Source: Octopus bimaculoides
Lineage: Eukaryota
DNA length: 50,166 nt
Direction of reading: 5' to 3'
Assembly: GCF_001194135.2 (NCBI RefSeq)
Contig: NC_068981.1
Span: forward strand, 182,782,686 to 182,832,851
The position numbers and the translations under genes are program-made. The stretch's first letter is position 1. The number at the start of each line of letters is the position of its first letter. The notes below the pieces were generated by a model. That model did not search any database. It saw nothing but the letters and a program-made list of their open reading frames with translations, and was not told the origin of the DNA. Below are positions 45,115 through 50,166 of this stretch, piece after piece.

Positions 45115-45132
45115 TGTATGTATGTATGTATA
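45028..45132. repeat. (TA)n(TATG)n microsatellite
   Basis: Directly visible. Confidence 0.95.
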
Positions 45133-45670
45133 CACGCGCTCATAAATACCGGTGTATCGATCGTTCGCCCTCTTGTTGCTCATATATATAAAATACGCAC
45201 ATTCACTCACACACATACATACAATGGTTACGAAGATGCTGACGCAGGAATAGTCACCGTGGTTAGTGCTCACTCAGTTAAACTTTTAAAATCCAACTTC
45301 TTCGCATTTAGCCACCACTTCTCACCATGTTATTATAGTGTCTGATGCATGAAGGCACTTACGTAGTGTCTTGGGTTCATGTATTTTGTTATTATGTTTG
45401 ATTATGTGCCTTGAGTAATATAGTCTTGCAATGTTTACGGCTGATTGCATATTATGCATGATAATATTCAGAATTCATAAGAATCGTCGAAACAGCTGTA
45501 AAGATATAATTATATCACGCAAAATTATGTAACAACTTATAGAGATATATTCCATACACACACAGGCATATGTATCCATACATACACAGGCATAAAGCTA
45601 TACTCACACACATATATACTTATATATGCAAGCATACACACACATACACAGTTTATACATGAATACAAAC

Positions 45671-45732
<62 letters not shown>

Positions 45733-45774
45733 GATCTAGTAAATAGTGGAAGATAAGAGATAATTGTGTGGAGA

Positions 45775-46528
45775 TAGCCTAAGCCCAGTTAGCTCTGAGA
45801 ATCAGAGACTATTATAGTGTCCGTAGCGAAGGCAGAGAGAGGTGACAGTGCACCTACAGGCCAGAGACTGAGGCGTGTCCGTGAGAGACTTTATTTCAAT
45901 CAGTTAGGTGGCTTTTTTTATTTTTTAGAATCCCTGTGCATGGATCAGCAACACCGTCCTAAATGTGAGAGCAATAGTCCGTTGTTGGCCACACCTAAGC
46001 TCTGCAGAGTTTTAATAATTGTTGGGGGATGAAATATCTTTTGACGCTAAAGAGAAGGATCAGTACTTAGCGATATGGTCCTGATTATTTAAGAATGTAC
46101 AATTGCCAGGAGGAGAATCTCGTTGATACTGAAACCCAAAATTTGCAGCGATTATGATAATTCTGGTTTAGTACAGACCATGATAGTGGAGGCTCTGATG
46201 CAATGATGTTCTTTTTTTGTTTTGATATGAGAACTTGTGTTTTCTTGTTGAAAGAGATAAGATTATCATATTCCTATTGGAGCACACTTTCAACGTCTCT
46301 GTCCATAGTCAGTTTGGGTTTGGTGTGTGACGTCTTGGTTGCAAATGAGTGATGCATATAAACAGGTACAGAAGTGGCTGTGTGGTAAGTAGCTTGCTTA
46401 CCAACCACATGGTTCCGGGTTCAGTCCCACTGCGTAGCACCTTGGGCAAGTGTCTTCTACTATAGCCTCGGGCCGACCAAAGCCTTGTGAGTGGATTTGG
46501 TAGACGGAAACTGAAAGAAACCCGTCGT

Positions 46529-46560
<32 letters not shown>

Positions 46561-47270
46561 NNNNNNNNNNNNNNNNNNNNNNNNNNNNNNNNNNNNNNNN
46601 NNNNNNNNNNNNNNNNNNNNNNNNNNNNNNNNNNNNNNNNNNNNNNNNNNNNNNNNNNNNNNNNNNNNNNNNNNNTATATATATGTGTGTGTGTGTGTGT
46701 TTGTCTCCCCAACATCGCTTGACAACCGATGCTGGTGTGTTTACGTCTCCGTAACTTAGCGGTTCGGTAAAAGAAACCGATAGAATAAGTACTAGGCTTA
46801 CAAAGAATAAGTCCTGGGGTCGATTTGCTCGACTAACGGCGGTGCCCCAGCATGGCCGCAGTCAAATGACAGAAACAAGTAAAAGAGTAAAAGAGAGTAT
46901 ACATCATCTGTTGGTAATGTTAGGGCGTAATGAAGTATAGTATCGTATAGAAGGAAGAGAGATAGAGTTAAATCCCGAAGACATCTCGGAGTAGGTCAAA
47001 GCTGACAAAATGAAGAACAGAGAGATGATTATCGACAGGCGCGAGATTTAGTGCGATTGAGAATAATATTTATCTAAGAAATGAGAGACATGTGGAACTC
47101 GAAAGCGGGCAGTTTTGTCAGGAGATTCGTATGTCAGACACAAGTGACAACATTAACTGATGAGTGATAGAGGAGCGTAGGTCACCAGAGGATATGGCTT
47201 TATGGAAACTACACTGGTGAGTCGTTAAAAAGGGAGAGCAAGTCAAGGTGCTAGAGGACGTCGTTGTAAA
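45775..47270 (-). pseudogene. Decayed CR1/Jockey-group LINE RT and C-terminal region, split by a family A SINE
   Basis: Minus translation: LLTTHQCSFHKAISSGDL (HQxGFR..ST.DL), TKLPAFEFH, NLISFN..KTQ, LQILGFSINEILSW, YCSHI*DG (about 45954-45976), QSLACRCTVTSLCLRYGHYN. Confidence 0.75.
46365..46897 (+). mobile_element. Full-length young SINE family A with internal microsatellite and gap
   Basis: Close match to 788-1308; tail ends agtaaaagagtaaaagag. Confidence 0.92.
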
Positions 47271-47766
47271 TGAGTACGATCAGGTGGTAGCTAAAGGATC
47301 ACAGAGGTTGCACAATGTAAGGGTAAACGTTTGATTCAAGTTTGATGATGTGCTACTCTCACATCTAAAACCGCAAAACATTAGGGTTAGGGTTTTCACT
47401 TCGATTTTCACTTCAAACTTTTGCTGCAAGCAGAATTGGTACAGAAACAATTGTAACAAATAAAGATGTGTTAAGGGATTTCTTGGTCTTATTGTTTGGA
47501 TATTATATATATATATATATATATATATAATTATGTGTATTTCTTCTATCTTAATGAATAAAAATTCTTCTGATAGAATAAATGGGTTAATAGAAACCAA
47601 TGTAGCAAAGAACACAAAATAACTGTGATTTAGTTCCTGTTTTTAAGGCAGGAACTCCTTGAAATTTTGGGTATTTGAGTATATTTAAGAATTTAAGGAA
47701 TGGAGAAAACGCATGTTATAATTCCATAATTGCATGCGTTTTCTCCATTCCTTCAANNNNNNNNNN

Positions 47767-47972
47767 CTTGTATTATTACACCACATGCCGAAACAAGGAA
47801 AGCAAGCTAACAGAAATTCATAAAAATATAGTTATCCCCGAATCGGTTCCGATTTCTGGATTAATCCCCAAAAGATTCTTCTTTCATCAGCGAGGAACAC
47901 AAAATAACTATATTTTTATGAATTTCTGTTAGCTTGCTTTCCTCGTTTCGGCACGTTGTGTAATAATACAAG
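47767..47972. repeat. 69-bp inverted repeat (66/69) with 68-bp spacer
   Basis: Arms at 47767-47835 and 47904-47972. Confidence 0.95.
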
Positions 47973-48255
47973 TGAAAATATTTTATGTGGTTAGACGATT
48001 TAGCGTCTATTTTTCAGCATAGTGGCAAAGAAAAAAAAATTCTTTTTCCTTTTGCCCTTATTTATAATTGTATAATTTTCACCTTACAAAGTATTTTTCA
48101 TATACTGTCCACTGATAAAATATTTTAATAAAATTTTATCCTTATATCAGAAGTGTATATATATATGTGTGTTTGTGTAGTTGAAAAGGAGTTAAGAATC
48201 CATGAAAATCAAAGGCGATAGTTAAAAAAGTAAAGGTGGAAAGTATGTTTAAAAA

Positions 48256-48309
48256 TATGTCCATCTTATCAAATATTACAAATTTGTAGAATTTGATAAG
48301 ATGGACATA
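48256..48309. repeat. 54-bp near-perfect palindrome
   Basis: tatgtccatcttatcaaat-at-tacaaatttgta-ga-atttgataagatggacata. Confidence 0.95.
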
Positions 48310-48407
48310 CACATCGAAACCGGTAATAGTTTATAACAGTCATTTAATTTAACAAATATAAAATAATCTCTCAACATACGTGCTATTTCTACCTTTACTT
48401 TTTAACA

Positions 48408-48450
48408 CACACACACACACTCTCTCTTTCTCTCTCTCTCTCTCCCTCTC

Positions 48451-48485
<35 letters not shown>

Positions 48486-48557
48486 NNNNNNNNNNNNNNN
48501 NNNNNNNNNNNNNNNNNNNNNNNNNNNNNNNNNNNNNNNNNNNNNNNNNNNNNNNNN

Positions 48558-48619
<62 letters not shown>

Positions 48620-48645
48620 CTCTCCCCCCCTCTCTCTCTCCATAT
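48408..48645. repeat. (CA)n(CT)n microsatellite with gap
   Basis: Directly visible. Confidence 0.9.
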
Positions 48646-48699
48646 ATATATAAAAATTATATATATATAATTTATTCTTTTATTATATATTATATAATT

Positions 48700-49012
48700 T
48701 ATTCTTTTACTTGTTTCAGTCATTTAACTGCAGCCATGCTGGAGCACCTTGAAGAATTTTAGTCGAACAAATCGACCTCAGGACTTATTTTTAAAGCCTA
48801 GTATTTATTCTGTCGGAAGCTTTTGCCGAACTGCTAAGTTATGGGGACATAAACACACCAACACCGGTTGCCAAGTGGTGGTGGAGGACAAGAGAGTGAC
48901 AAATATGATAAGTACCAGGTTTAAAAATAAATACTGAGGTCATTTCATTCGACTAAAATTTTTCAAGGCGGTACCCCAGCATGACCGCAGTCTATTGATT
49001 GAAACAAGTAAA
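48700..49012. mobile_element. Two family A tails in opposite orientation (- 48700-48885; + 48900-49012)
   Basis: cttgtttcagtcatttaactgcagccatgctggagcacc and aggcggtaccccagcatgaccgcagtc. Confidence 0.75.
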
Positions 49013-49173
49013 ATATATATGTGCGTGTATGTGCTGTGCGTGTTTGTGAGTACGTATGCTTATATTAAAGAAAGAGTGAGTAGGATAGACAGATATATGA
49101 GACAATTTGATTCTTTTTTTATGAACAACCGTTTCCTTTCGTGCCAAAGTCCCCCAAATATAAAAAAAGTATA

Positions 49174-49514
49174 CAGAGATCCCTCGCCATATCGCGGTTC
49201 ACCTATCACGCACTCAGTACATCGCGGTTCACCTATCGCGGTTCACCTATCGCGCACTCGGTACATCGCGGTTCACCTATCGCGCATTCAGTACATCGTG
49301 GTTCACCTATCACGCACTCAGTACATCGCGGTTCACCTATCACGCACTCAGTACATCGCGGATTTTTCTGGCTAATATATATATAAATTTATATCATGGA
49401 CTCCTCAGTATATCGCGGGTTCTGTGGCCGTTAGGTATTTATATTGCTTTAAATTTCAATTATTTCTGTGGGAGGTTTTGAAATGTAACACCTGCGATAG
49501 TCGAGCGATTTCTG
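49174..49514. mobile_element. 341-bp pogo/Tigger-like MITE with subterminal 30-bp tandem array
   Basis: TA-CAGAGATCCCTCGCCATATCGCGG left end; degenerate right end cctgcgatagtcgagcgatttctg-TA. Confidence 0.75.
49191..49367. repeat. 30-bp minisatellite, 5 full units plus partials
   Basis: atcgcggttcacctatc(a/g)cgcactcagtac at 49191, 49235, 49265, 49295 and 49325; 14-bp partial at 49221. Confidence 0.95.
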
Positions 49515-50049
49515 TATATCAATGCAATTTTTATCTGTACAAATGTGTACATGTACCCCCACCACACGTATTTATGTATGAATATATACATCAGCGCACA
49601 TGTTTATGTATGTGTGAGTATGAGTGTCCTTGGCGTATGCATCTGTACGTATGCTTGCGTGTTTATGCGTACAATCTCTACAACTTTCATGAATAAATAT
49701 GACATAGCTCTAAATTTGCACAAATTTCCATAATATATTATCCTGATCCGCTCGCAATTTTACAAATAACACACTGTAACACTACTATACGAATGAAGCC
49801 AACGGATAATCATGTAAACGTACATCTACATACACTTGGTGTGTACATAATTGCATATATGGCACCAAGGATAAATATTTGGTTACATGTACACACACAT
49901 ATATTCGCTCTGCCTAATTTTCTCATTAGTTTCTCAATTTGTTTTTGTTCTTTAAATTCTATCTGTAGATTGCATTTTTTTACCCGATAACTGATAACCC
50001 AACAATATTTTATATATAATTATACTTCACATGTCACTTATAAATCACA

Positions 50050-50098
50050 CACATATGTGTGTGTATATATATATATCTATATATTTATATCTATCTAT

Positions 50099-50166
<68 letters not shown>
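50050..50166. repeat. Compound TA/CTAT/(CT)n/(TA)n microsatellite at window end
   Basis: Directly visible. Confidence 0.9.

Noticed and set aside
49191-49367. 30-bp repeat array as a CRISPR candidate
   Set aside because: Units are contiguous with no unique spacers, there are no cas genes, and the array lies inside a MITE in eukaryotic DNA.
52-50166. Dozens of ORFs rich in YI/HT/CV/ER/LS dipeptides or X runs
   Set aside because: They are translations of TA, CA, TG and GA microsatellites or N gaps, not proteins.

Overview
AT-rich, microsatellite-dense eukaryotic DNA. The repeat families look like those of an octopus (coleoid cephalopod) genome; this is pattern recognition, not a database result. 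I found no intact host protein-coding gene, true tRNA/rRNA gene or CRISPR array. The window reads as intergenic or intronic DNA built from layered mobile-element remnants. These include at least four SINE-type families (A: CORE-type with an internal microsatellite slot; B: a very abundant family with two alternative 3' tails; C: a long tRNA-headed family; D: unclassified), a mariner element with TIRs and TA target duplications, Helitron helicase remnants with a 3' hairpin, RTE, CR1-like and R4/Dong-like LINE fragments, two Tc1/mariner-superfamily MITEs and Penelope-like remnants carrying hammerhead-ribozyme motifs. The most interesting structure is at about 27060-30100: two head-to-tail, mutually diverged ~1.4-1.5 kb elements. 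Each encodes only a gag/ORF1-like zinc-knuckle protein plus an unrecognised C-terminal domain, with no endonuclease or RT. Their 3' end is nearly identical to one of the two tails of SINE family B, which suggests an ORF1-only non-LTR family and a SINE parasitising the same LINE. Most listed ORFs are microsatellite or repeat artefacts. Eleven N gaps limit interpretation: 969-1062, 5610-5619, 12380-12437, 17449-17831, 22587-22596, 23217-23759, 40088-40485, 44540-44689, 46561-46675, 47757-47766 and 48486-48557. Repeat boundaries were set by eye and may be off by 10-20 bp unless termini are quoted.
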